Assembly: GCA_049700215.1 (NCBI GenBank)
Contig: JBNAVT010000002.1
Span: forward strand, 1 to 14,610
DNA from: Thermoproteota archaeon
GTDB lineage: Archaea; Thermoproteota; EX4484-205; JAAOZP01
Length of the DNA: 14,610 nucleotides
Direction: 5' to 3'
The first letter of the stretch is position 1; every line of letters begins with the position of its first letter. Shown here one piece after another: positions 6,909 through 14,610 of this stretch. Under the pieces are notes generated by a model that was given only the letters and a program-made list of their open reading frames with translations, made no database searches and had not been told where the DNA came from. The translations under genes were made by a program, and so were the position numbers.

Positions 6909-7922
6909 ATGGGGAAGCCTAAATGCTTGATAACAGCATCCTTCACGCAGGAGGCTCTTGAAAAGCTATCGCAACGGGTTGAAGTCGTATACGAGGACTG
7001 GAGGAAGACTGGGCGCATCTACCTCGGCGACGAGCTTATAGAGAAGATTAACAGGAACATGGTTGAAATACTCGTGGTTGAAGCAGACCAGGTGACAGCC
7101 GACATCGTGAACAGGACGAGCCTGAGGCTCATCGGAGCATGCAGAGGAACCCCGTACGCGGTTGACGTGGCTGCAGCCACGGCGAAAGGAATACCCGTGG
7201 TGCACGCGCCTGGGAGGAACTCGCAGGCAGTGGCTGAGCTCACGATAGGCCTGATGCTCACGCTTCTAAGAAGAATCGTCCACGCTCAGCGGAGGCTGGC
7301 GGGGGGCGTGGCCTACGAGACGGACAGGGATTTCCAGGAGCTTTACAACGCTTTACAGGGGAGGGAGATATGCGGTAAAAAAGTTGGGGTAATAGGGCTG
7401 GGGGACATAGGGACCAGGGTTGCGAGAATCCTGCTGGCCTTCGGCGCGTCAATACTGGTCTACGACCCGTATGTGCCTGAGGAGAAGATAGCCTCAGTCA
7501 ACGGCAGCAGGGTCAGCCTTGAGCAGCTGTTAAGCCAGGCTGATATAGTGACACTCCACGTGAGGCTCACGGGTGAAACATACCACATTATCGGGGAGAG
7601 GGAGATATCTATGATGAAGCCCTCAGCAATCCTGGTTAACACCTCTTCACCGGGGACGGTTGACGACTCAGCCCTGCTTGAAGCCCTTAAAAAGGGTAGA
7701 ATAGCCGGCGCAGCGCTAGACGTGCAGGAGAACGAGCCAGTTGACTCTTCAAACCCCTTCCTGGGGCTTGAAAACGTCATCGTGACGCCTCACATCGGCG
7801 GAAACACTATGGAGACTGTTGAAAGACAGTCGAAAATGATTGTTGAAGACCTGTTCAGATTCCTCGACGGGGAGAAGCCGCTGCACCTTTTGAACCCGGA
7901 GGTCTACCGGAGAAGAGCCTAG
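6909..7922 (+). CDS. D-isomer-specific 2-hydroxyacid dehydrogenase family NAD(P)-dependent oxidoreductase
   Basis: GVIGLGDIG Rossmann motif, PGRN..AVAE, AALDV..EP, TPHIGG. Has NTSSPG where NTARG is usual. Confidence 0.93.
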   Translation: MGKPKCLITASFTQEALEKLSQRVEVVYEDWRKTGRIYLGDELIEKINRNMVEILVVEADQVTADIVNRTSLRLIGACRGTPYAVDVAAATAKGIPVVHAPGRNSQAVAELTIGLMLTLLRRIVHAQRRLAGGVAYETDRDFQELYNALQGREICGKKVGVIGLGDIGTRVARILLAFGASILVYDPYVPEEKIASVNGSRVSLEQLLSQADIVTLHVRLTGETYHIIGEREISMMKPSAILVNTSSPGTVDDSALLEALKKGRIAGAALDVQENEPVDSSNPFLGLENVIVTPHIGGNTMETVERQSKMIVEDLFRFLDGEKPLHLLNPEVYRRRA

Positions 7923-7955
7923 CGTCCCAGACGGCTTAACCAGGCGGCAGCCCTG

Positions 7956-9369
7956 TTGAAGACCCCTTGTTCGCGCGCTTAGAGCATTACTGGTCGAGAG
8001 CATACTGGTTCTAAGCATTTTTTTCAGCCGCGTTTTCCAGCTGAAGGGGCTTGACGAGGAAACCATTACCGTCACAGCCTCTTACTATCCTTGGTATCAC
8101 CCGGTTGACGGAAAATGGCCTGACGGAATAACCGGAACCCCGTTACTAGGCCTGTATGAGTAAGACTGGAACACTATCAGCCGCCACATAGAGTGGGCAA
8201 CCAGATACGGGATATCCGGCTTTTTCATTGAATGGACGGGGCTCAGGTCTGAGTATGACAACTCGTTGAAGATTATTCTTCAACACCCGGACAGCCACAG
8301 GATCAAGTTCTCACTAACATATTTCGTAAGCGCGGCTTTAGGAACGTTTTCGGAGCAATGGGAGCAAGGGAAAAAGTTGAATGAGATTGACTGGAGTGTG
8401 AACTGCAGCGACCCCGGTGTCGAAGCCAGATTTCTAGCGCACGCCTTCGACTACATAGATTTCCTGGATAAGGATAAGGGGTTGATTACGAGGATTGACA
8501 TCGGCATGGATGAAGCCAGGAGACACACGAGACTCGGGTGGTCTGGAAACGAGAAGAAATGGGATGCCGTGGAGAACTTCGCATGGGACGCCCCGAGTCT
8601 CAAATACTGTCGCATTAACGGTTACGAAGATTAGGAGCAGCATGCTTCTTAACGTTTCAGAGCCTTCAGCAACTATATGGTCCCGGGTCGGGGTAACCGG
8701 CTGCCTAGCGCCTCTGGAAGCCGGCGCCAGAATCAAGCTGACGAAAGTTAAGCCGGATTCGACGATAATGATTGCAACGGTTACAACCGGGGGCGACGGG
8801 GTCTTTACGCACGTTTTCACGGTTGACGAAGCCGGCTCATAGGCTATTCGAGCCAAGCGGGAGGAGAACGCTACTCGCGAGGCTGCGGAGAACACGGTTT
8901 CCTTCACAGCGTAAAGAATCAGGGCTCCGTCTCCTGCACTGTCTCAAGGCAGAGAATAACCCTCGGCGACACGATCACCGTCTCGGGCGCGGTGAACCCG
9001 AGTGTTCCAGACGATGATGTAAGCCTCCTCTTAACGGGGCCGAGCGGCCAAACACACCGGGCCACGGTTAAAACAATGGTCGACGGGTCTTTCAGCTACA
9101 GTTTTAAACCGGGGGAGAAGGGCGAGTGGAGGGTTGAAGCCAGACGGGCTGGGAACGAGACCTACGGTGCGGTGGCAAGCCCGCCGGCTAGCTTCGCTGT
9201 TGAAGAACAGTTTTCAACCATGTTCATCATCCTGGGCGCAGCAGTAATCGTTGCAGGGTTAGCCGCGTGGCTTCTAACAGGGGGACGCGGAGGGAAACGG
9301 GAAGACAGCGGTAGGCTGCTGAACCCAGCTGGAGCCTCAGGTTACACTAGGGATGGATTGAAAGCCTAA
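7956..9369 (+). pseudogene. Disrupted secreted GH99/GH71-like glycoside hydrolase with Ig-like domains and a C-terminal TM anchor
   Basis: The frame from 8041 reads VTASYYPWYH...TPLLGLYE*DWNTISRHIEWATRYGISGFFIEW. Lesions: TAA at 8161, a frame change near 8600, TAG at 8840, a frame change near 8910. Two Ig-like repeats (VTT..DGVF...F; VKT..DGSFSYSF) and the TM segment FIILGAAVIVAGLAAWLL follow. The start coordinate is approximate. Confidence 0.8.
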
Positions 9370-9495
9370 CTCTTTGTTAGAAGCTAGGCTAATCGACGCG
9401 CGTGCGACACGCTTATCTAAAGCATTGAATACTTTAATATGAAGGGGAAAACTTAAGAGCATGTTTAAACCATCACAGTAACAGGGTGTGATTGA

Positions 9496-10506
9496 ATGAG
9501 CCTGCCGAAAACGGCTTTCATATCTGGCTTAATACTTGTCGCGGCGGGGATCGTTATCGCAGTAACACCGCCTGCGAAAACCAGCTGGGAGCTGAGAAGC
9601 CGGGTGCTGGTTGATGGGGAGACCCTGAACGTTTCAGCCGGGTGGAGGTCGAACAGCAGGCAGCTTGTTAAGCAGGTTCTAAGCGTTGAACCACCTTTAA
9701 AACACGCTATAGGCCTGGGGGCTGCGTTCTTCCCCGGAGGCGGGAAGGACTTCGTGGTGGCTGGAAGCGCCGTGGAGCTGTCATCCCCGCCGAGACCGTT
9801 TAACTTCTACGTTTTCGACGACGTGAACTACGGACTGTGGGAGGCGGGCTTAGCCTACAGGGCTTTCTACGAGGATAGGGGGAGGAATTCAACCAGCTTC
9901 AGCTTCTCAATAGCTTCGAAGGAAGCCCTCCCCGATTTGTTCTACTTCGTGGTTGAGGAGTCAGGCGCCGGGTTGAGGCCGGTTGTACTCGTCGACTCGA
10001 CGATCAGCTGGACTGAGAAAACCCTGAAAACCGAGTGCTCTGAGTACGTGTGTTCCTCCCCGCCGTTTCTGGTTGAGGAGGCTAGGGATTTCAGGATAAG
10101 GGGCAACGCGACGGAGGAGAGTGGAAACAGGTTCAACTTTTACGTGATGGATTACTCTAACTACTGGAATTGGCTTGCCGGTGGAAACTACACCGCCATA
10201 TTTGAGCGGAACAACGTTGAAACGGTGGGTTTCGATGCCCCGCTCACGGAGAGCCAGGCGAAGTCAATACTCTACTTCGTCGTCGAAAACCCTTTGAAAG
10301 ACGTGGATGAGAGCGTAAGCCTAAACGCAGTGTTAGAATGGCGGGAGAAGACAGCTGCCCCAGCAATCCTTGGAGGATGGGTGGTCGGCAGCATCGTAGC
10401 GTCCATAGGCCTAGCCACCATGGTGGCTGCGGGAGCAGCATCCCTAGTCTCCAAGCGTAGAAAAATCAGAGGGGAGAATATGCAAGTAGTTCAACTACGC
10501 GCATAA
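9496..10506 (+). CDS. Membrane protein with N- and C-terminal TM helices and a tandemly duplicated beta-rich (GOLD/emp24-like?) domain
   Basis: Hydrophobic termini. Repeats FNFYVFDDVNYGLWEAG...FYFVVEE...ISWTEK and FNFYVMDYSNYWNWLAG...LYFVVEN...LEWREK. GGGTGTGA upstream of the start. Confidence 0.8.
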   Translation: MSLPKTAFISGLILVAAGIVIAVTPPAKTSWELRSRVLVDGETLNVSAGWRSNSRQLVKQVLSVEPPLKHAIGLGAAFFPGGGKDFVVAGSAVELSSPPRPFNFYVFDDVNYGLWEAGLAYRAFYEDRGRNSTSFSFSIASKEALPDLFYFVVEESGAGLRPVVLVDSTISWTEKTLKTECSEYVCSSPPFLVEEARDFRIRGNATEESGNRFNFYVMDYSNYWNWLAGGNYTAIFERNNVETVGFDAPLTESQAKSILYFVVENPLKDVDESVSLNAVLEWREKTAAPAILGGWVVGSIVASIGLATMVAAGAASLVSKRRKIRGENMQVVQLRA

Positions 10507-10576
10507 CCTCTTCAAGAGCTTTCCCTCTAGACTCCTGCATGTTTTCTCGCCTCCGTCAATAGCGCGCCCTCCAGGC

Positions 10577-11785
10577 CTAGCGAGCAAGGCTTCTTCTCGA
10601 TCTGAAGACGAGGAAACTGGCTGAAATTGTCGCGACAATTCCAGTGAGCATGCTGTAGGTGAAGGCTTGAGTTCTACCAGCGTTGTCCCAAATAAACCCT
10701 ACTAGCGACATACCTGCTAAATTCGCCAAACCCACTACAATGTAGAATAGCCCATAGGCTGTTCCCCTAAGTTCTGAAGTAGCATACTTTGGGACTAGTG
10801 CTCTTGAGACTGTTTCGTATATTCCGAAATACAGGCCGTAGAAAACAATAAGCAGAATAATCGCTGAAGGCCCGCTGGAGTAGGCGAAGACTAAGGAAGT
10901 CAGTGAGAAAAGCAGGAAAGAAGCCGAGAGGAGAGGCTCCCTCCCAATCCTGTCGGAGAAGACTCCGGCAGGATACCCCACGGCAGTATGAAACAGGTTG
11001 ATCGCCATGTAGACCAGAGGCACTAGATCAGGAGTAATCCCCAGTTCAGCGGAGCGGACGAGTATGAATGAAAAATCATAGTATCCAGCGCCAAATATGG
11101 CGAGTGTTGCTAGGAGGAGGAGAAAGTCACTGTTCACGACTCTAGACGCTCCTTTAAGAAGCTGCGACCCTCTGGGAGCAGTCTTCACATCCACCACGAA
11201 AAACCATAGAATAAGCAGGGCAATTATGCCGGGTATGAAAGAAGCTATGAAGAGAAGCCTCGACCCGATTAAAGGTAGAAGAATCGTCGCGAGCAGAGGC
11301 CCAAGGATGGCGCCAAGCTGGTCAAGGGTACGGTGAAGCCCGAAAGCCCTCCCCGTTGTCTTCTCGTCAACGGATTGGCTGAGAAGAGCGTCGCGCGGAG
11401 AAGTTCTTATTCCCTTGCCCGTCCTATCCATGACTCTGACTGAAAGCGCCTCCATCGGTGTTGCTGAAACCGCGAAAAGAGGCTTTGAAACCGTTGAGAA
11501 AGCATAGCCCGCGAACACTAAAGGCTTTCTTTTCCCAAGCCTATCCGAGAGAAAACCGCTTACCATTCTGAAAAAATTGTTAGCAAGTTCCCCAGCTCCC
11601 TCAATTAATCCAAGAATCGTCTTCGTCCCGCCTAAATCCCGAACTATGAAAACAGGCAAGTAGCCTGTGACCATTTCTGTTGAAACATCGGTGAAGAAGC
11701 TTACAAGCCCCATTGCGTAAACGTTTCTAAAACCGGGTTTCCCCGAGTCTCCGTGAAAACCCTGATCCGTCTTCTCCACGCGCAT
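10577..11785 (-). CDS. MFS transporter
   Basis: GFLSDRLGKRK and GVFSDRIGR (motif A), DRTGKGIRTSPRDALL, GRAFGLHRTLDQLGA, many TM segments. Start reassigned to ATG 11785 because AAAGGTTTAA lies about 25 nt upstream. Confidence 0.95.
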   Translation of the reverse strand: MRVEKTDQGFHGDSGKPGFRNVYAMGLVSFFTDVSTEMVTGYLPVFIVRDLGGTKTILGLIEGAGELANNFFRMVSGFLSDRLGKRKPLVFAGYAFSTVSKPLFAVSATPMEALSVRVMDRTGKGIRTSPRDALLSQSVDEKTTGRAFGLHRTLDQLGAILGPLLATILLPLIGSRLLFIASFIPGIIALLILWFFVVDVKTAPRGSQLLKGASRVVNSDFLLLLATLAIFGAGYYDFSFILVRSAELGITPDLVPLVYMAINLFHTAVGYPAGVFSDRIGREPLLSASFLLFSLTSLVFAYSSGPSAIILLIVFYGLYFGIYETVSRALVPKYATSELRGTAYGLFYIVVGLANLAGMSLVGFIWDNAGRTQAFTYSMLTGIVATISASFLVFRSRRSLAR

Positions 11786-11822
11786 ATTATCACTATCTAT
11801 AATAGTTAAACCTTTACTATGA
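11772..11822 (+). repeat. Copy 1 of a 51-bp diverged direct repeat (MFS promoter and first codons)
   Basis: 43/51 identical to 13304-13354 without gaps; exact core TTAAACCTTTACTATGA. Confidence 0.85.
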
Positions 11823-11967
11823 GTCTCTAATACTCTCGAGATATCCTTAGCATGTGTCAACAACATTATCTCTCTCCGCAGCCCCCCTTCGCGCGCTATG
11901 ATAACAACATCAGTTTCCCACTCTCTTAACTAGGTTTCAACACAGAGCGCGCGCGCTAACAGCAATC

Positions 11968-12069
11968 CTAAAACGAGTTTCGCTGTCGAATAAGTTCAAT
12001 CATGTAAACTCCGAGAACAAGAAGAATGATGCAGTTAATAATAACGGCTGTGATTAGAACACAATCCAT
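11968..12069 (-). CDS. Possible 33-aa single-TM small protein or anchor remnant
   Basis: MDCVLITAVIINCIILLVLGVYMIELIRQRNSF*: a hydrophobic helix followed by basic residues. Confidence 0.3.
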   Translation of the reverse strand: MDCVLITAVIINCIILLVLGVYMIELIRQRNSF

Positions 12070-12497
12070 AATCCTAAAGCCCGCTTAGCCTTGTATTCTA
12101 CACCATTAAAGCTCAGACCATTAATAAGACTAGTCTTAAAGTAAACAGAATATTAACTTTTTCAAGGATTCTGAAACATTCGAGAGCAATATAAGAAACA
12201 CATGGGGCAAAATCAAAGACGAAAATCGATGAATCAGAATGCAATGATTTTGAAACCTATATCATTAATCATTATTGCTTATTTGAGTCACTAATTCACC
12301 CTATTTCCAAGGCCGGTTCTATACTTGCTCAGATAGCCACCCTACTATTTTAAGGATAAATGGTTTATTTACAAAAAGTGAATAACATCATGTTTGAGAA
12401 AAGCTAGTCATATTACATTTAGAGGCTGAGTTAGCCAAACCCCTTATTCAGCCTTAAAATTCCGGAAATCTCAGTGAGTCGAGGCTAGAAAGCATAC

Positions 12498-12541
12498 GTA
12501 TCCATAAAGGTTAAATATGGATACTTTAAGAACATAAGTAT
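12498..12541 (+). promoter_or_regulatory. TA promoter/operator with two overlapping inverted repeats around the TATA box
   Basis: GTATCCATA-N9-TATGGATAC (12498-12524) overlaps TTAAATA; ATACTT-N9-AAGTAT (12521-12541). RBS GGTGA follows at 12542-12546. Confidence 0.75.
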
Positions 12542-12553
12542 GGTGAAAATGAC

Positions 12554-12793
12554 TTGAGTTATACCATAACGGAGAAAGGTACGGTAACAATTCCGGTAGA
12601 GTTGAGAAAAAAGTATAAATTGGGAAAAGGCTCACGGGTTAAGTTCGTAGATACTGATGAGGGAATCCTGCTTGTCCCGGTACTTCCATTGGAAGAGCTT
12701 TTCGGTGTAGATAAGAACTTTAAGAAGACGGTTTATCAAATGATAAAAGAGTTGCAAGAAGAAAGGAGGAGAGAAGCATCTGAAGAAAAGTAA
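12554..12793 (+). CDS. vapB: AbrB/MazE/SpoVT-family antitoxin
   Basis: ITEKGTVTIPVELRKKYKLGKGSRVKF AbrB signature; overlaps the start of a PIN gene. Confidence 0.9.
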   Translation: MSYTITEKGTVTIPVELRKKYKLGKGSRVKFVDTDEGILLVPVLPLEELFGVDKNFKKTVYQMIKELQEERRREASEEK

Positions 12794-13187
12794 GCTTATC
12801 TTCGATACAGGACCGCTCCTTCTCTATTTTGCTGAAGACAATCGTGTTAAATGTTTTTTCGACGAGGTTATAGCTGATAAGGCAGAAGGCTATACGTGCG
12901 AGATCAACATCGCGGAACTTTATTATAAAACCTGTGAAAAGCTTGGTCGGGAAGCTGCTGAAGTCAGGAGTGCGTCTATCAGACACTCTAAAATATCAAT
13001 AGTACCTTTAGATGAACGGCTTACACATACCGCAGGAATCTTAAAGTGCATTTATAGAGACAAGCTTTCTCTAGTAGATTCTTATATCCTAGCGGCTACA
13101 AAGATACTGAGAGGAGCCTTAATCACAACAGATTCCCGACTCGTAGAGCTTAAAATAGTACAAGCCAAATTAATTCAGATTCCTTAG
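12780..13187 (+). CDS. vapC: PIN-domain (VapC) toxin, 135 aa, putative CTG start
   Basis: (L)KKSKLIFDTGPLLLYF...EINIAELYY...LSLVDSYILA...LITTDSRL...IP*. The four acidic PIN residues are present and GGAGG lies 10 nt upstream. Absent from the ORF track. Confidence 0.88.
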   Translation: MKKSKLIFDTGPLLLYFAEDNRVKCFFDEVIADKAEGYTCEINIAELYYKTCEKLGREAAEVRSASIRHSKISIVPLDERLTHTAGILKCIYRDKLSLVDSYILAATKILRGALITTDSRLVELKIVQAKLIQIP

Positions 13188-13303
13188 AGGCTGCATATTC
13201 ATTAAGATGAATTTTCGAAAACTTAAATTAATTAGATACAGTTATGTTTAGACATAATGGGGTATAGAGAGAAGTATGAGGAATTTCAGCAATAGAGCGC
13301 GTT

Positions 13304-13354
13304 TTCTCCACACGTATACTATCGCTACCGATGATAATTAAACCTTTACTATGA
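13304..13354 (+). repeat. Copy 2 of the 51-bp diverged direct repeat (orphan; ATG changed to ATA)
   Basis: 43/51 identical to 11772-11822. The minus strand reads ATA CGT GTG GAG AA versus ATG CGC GTG GAG AA in copy 1. Confidence 0.85.
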
Positions 13355-13533
13355 AAAGTTTTACCACCACCTGGAATATCGCGCTATGAGCCTTGGAAGA
13401 CTATCAAAAAGACAAAGCCACATGCGTGCTGTAACAATTGAGGAACCGGTCTAGAAATAGATCCCGTAAAGGGTGAGCTAAACCGCTTGAGCCACTGTTA
13501 ACGACAGTCGCGCGAAACATGATGCCGCCAAGC

Positions 13534-14610
13534 TCACTTAGCGCGCGCTCTACCCCGTTTTATTTTCAAGTAGGCAGCGCATATTAGAATCACGGTGATC
13601 AGGATGCTTACGATCAGCGTGGTGTTTGAAACCAGAATAACCACCGTCAACTCACTGTCGATTGAAGCATCGCCATCCAGCGAAGTTGTTAAATTCATGC
13701 TGGTAACCGTAACATAGAACCTCCCCCTGGGGACGGAGGTGAAGAGAGTCCTTCCAGCCCTATCTGTGCTCTGCTCAACAACATCACCGTTGGGAAGCAT
13801 CATCTTGACGCGAGCCCAGGGTATTTTAAAACCCAGAGTATCTTGGACAGTTATTTTTACATCGTATATTGCGCAGCGAACAGTATGTTCTGAAGGAGAG
13901 TCGACCCAAAGGGTTCTGTACGCGTCTAGTTCAACTGGAACGCCTCGCCAAAGGACGCTGGACACTGTCCACTGTCCTTCGTCAAGCCATAATGACGAGT
14001 AGACGGTGAGTGTTCTAGACTCACCGTCCGGGGCTACTAGTGTTGCTGAGTCGGGAGTTACGGCCCGCATGCCGGCTGCGTCTCGAAAAGCAATGCTAAT
14101 CAAGTATTGCCGCTTATACTGGGCTGAAAGAGTTAAATCCGACGAGACGTTGACGATTATGGAGGCCTTTGGAGCCCCGTCAGCCCATTGGATGAACCGT
14201 GCTCTTACACCGGGAGACGTGGCGTAATATTCTTGAACCGTTACGTTGAATACTCCAGGGTTGACTTGAATCCTAACCCTGCCGTACTCGTCAGTCGTAA
14301 ACCGATCCTGGTTAATCTTGACGATTGGCACGTTGGCGAATGGAGTTACTACTGTTAAAGAATAGCCGGTTATTAAAGCAGAACTGATGCTTGAAGAACA
14401 CTCATAGTTTTTAGAGCCTAAGAATACTGCTTTAAGCATGTAAGTGCCTCCGGTTCTCGGAGTGTATCGTATAGAGGCTGTTCCAGTCTGGTCGGTGACA
14501 GTGGTTCCTATTAGAGCATCGTCCAGGTAAAAGCTTATCGTCTGGCCGGGCAACGCGTTTTGCCTAGCGTCCCTTAAAACAGCGCTGATCAGCGTCTCAA
14601 CACCTACTTT
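13534..14610 (-). CDS. C-terminal part of a membrane-anchored Ig-like/carboxypeptidase-regulatory-like repeat surface protein (5' truncated)
   Basis: The frame is open to the window end (KVGVETLISAVLRDARQNALPGQ...). Repeated T-T-D-x-x-G motifs, RFIQWADG, and a C-terminal TM with the basic tail KIKRGRARAK. Confidence 0.85.
   Translation of the reverse strand, partial: KVGVETLISAVLRDARQNALPGQTISFYLDDALIGTTVTDQTGTASIRYTPRTGGTYMLKAVFLGSKNYECSSSISSALITGYSLTVVTPFANVPIVKINQDRFTTDEYGRVRIQVNPGVFNVTVQEYYATSPGVRARFIQWADGAPKASIIVNVSSDLTLSAQYKRQYLISIAFRDAAGMRAVTPDSATLVAPDGESRTLTVYSSLWLDEGQWTVSSVLWRGVPVELDAYRTLWVDSPSEHTVRCAIYDVKITVQDTLGFKIPWARVKMMLPNGDVVEQSTDRAGRTLFTSVPRGRFYVTVTSMNLTTSLDGDASIDSELTVVILVSNTTLIVSILITVILICAAYLKIKRGRARAK

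Noticed and set aside
8840-8842. In-frame TAG as possible pyrrolysine/readthrough
   Set aside because: The same gene also has a TAA and two frame changes. TAG is one step from TGG at the position where the second Ig repeat has Trp (GEWRV), so decay is the simpler explanation.
11786-11866. 27-aa N-terminal extension of the MFS ORF in the track
   Set aside because: It overlaps the TATA-like box; ATG 11785 fits the promoter spacing better.
12423-12454. Hairpin AGGCTGA...TCAGCCT
   Set aside because: An isolated imperfect stem with no assignable function.
11944-13551. AGAGCGCGCGCGCTAA (11944-11959) versus TTAGCGCGCGCTCT (13538-13551) as terminal inverted repeats
   Set aside because: Low-complexity CG runs of unequal length; one lies inside a coding 3' end, and no transposase is present.
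1-14610. tRNA, rRNA, CRISPR array, integrase or transposase
   Set aside because: None recognised by eye on either strand.

Overview
An archaeal-looking window: TATA/BRE-like promoters, near-leaderless genes and many AGG/AGA Arg codons. The lineage is not determinable from this sequence; Bathyarchaeia/Brockarchaeota-like is only a guess. (1) 1-1943 is a divergent cluster. On the - strand are a truncated MazG/RS21-C6-like nucleotide pyrophosphohydrolase and a HhH-GPD-like protein. On the + strand are an NDT-fold protein resembling retron St85/Ec86-type effectors and a wHTH protein. A palindrome-rich spacer separates the two arms, and no reverse transcriptase is visible. (2) 2086-2528 is an AT-rich, internally deleted AbiEi/AbiEii (type IV TA) relic. 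(3) 2822-7922 is a catabolic cluster: FGGY kinase, class II aldolase, SCP2 protein, aldehyde dehydrogenase, and a D-2-hydroxyacid dehydrogenase-family enzyme lacking the conserved Arg. (4) ~7956-9369 is a multiply disrupted GH99/GH71-like + Ig-like surface-protein pseudogene. (5) A membrane protein with a duplicated domain and an MFS transporter follow. (6) An AT-rich islet carries an AbrB antitoxin and a PIN/VapC toxin that the ORF track missed (CTG start); it is bracketed by a 51-bp diverged direct repeat of the MFS promoter/start. (7) The window ends in the 3' part of a membrane-anchored Ig-like protein. All family calls come from reading motifs by eye, not from database searches.
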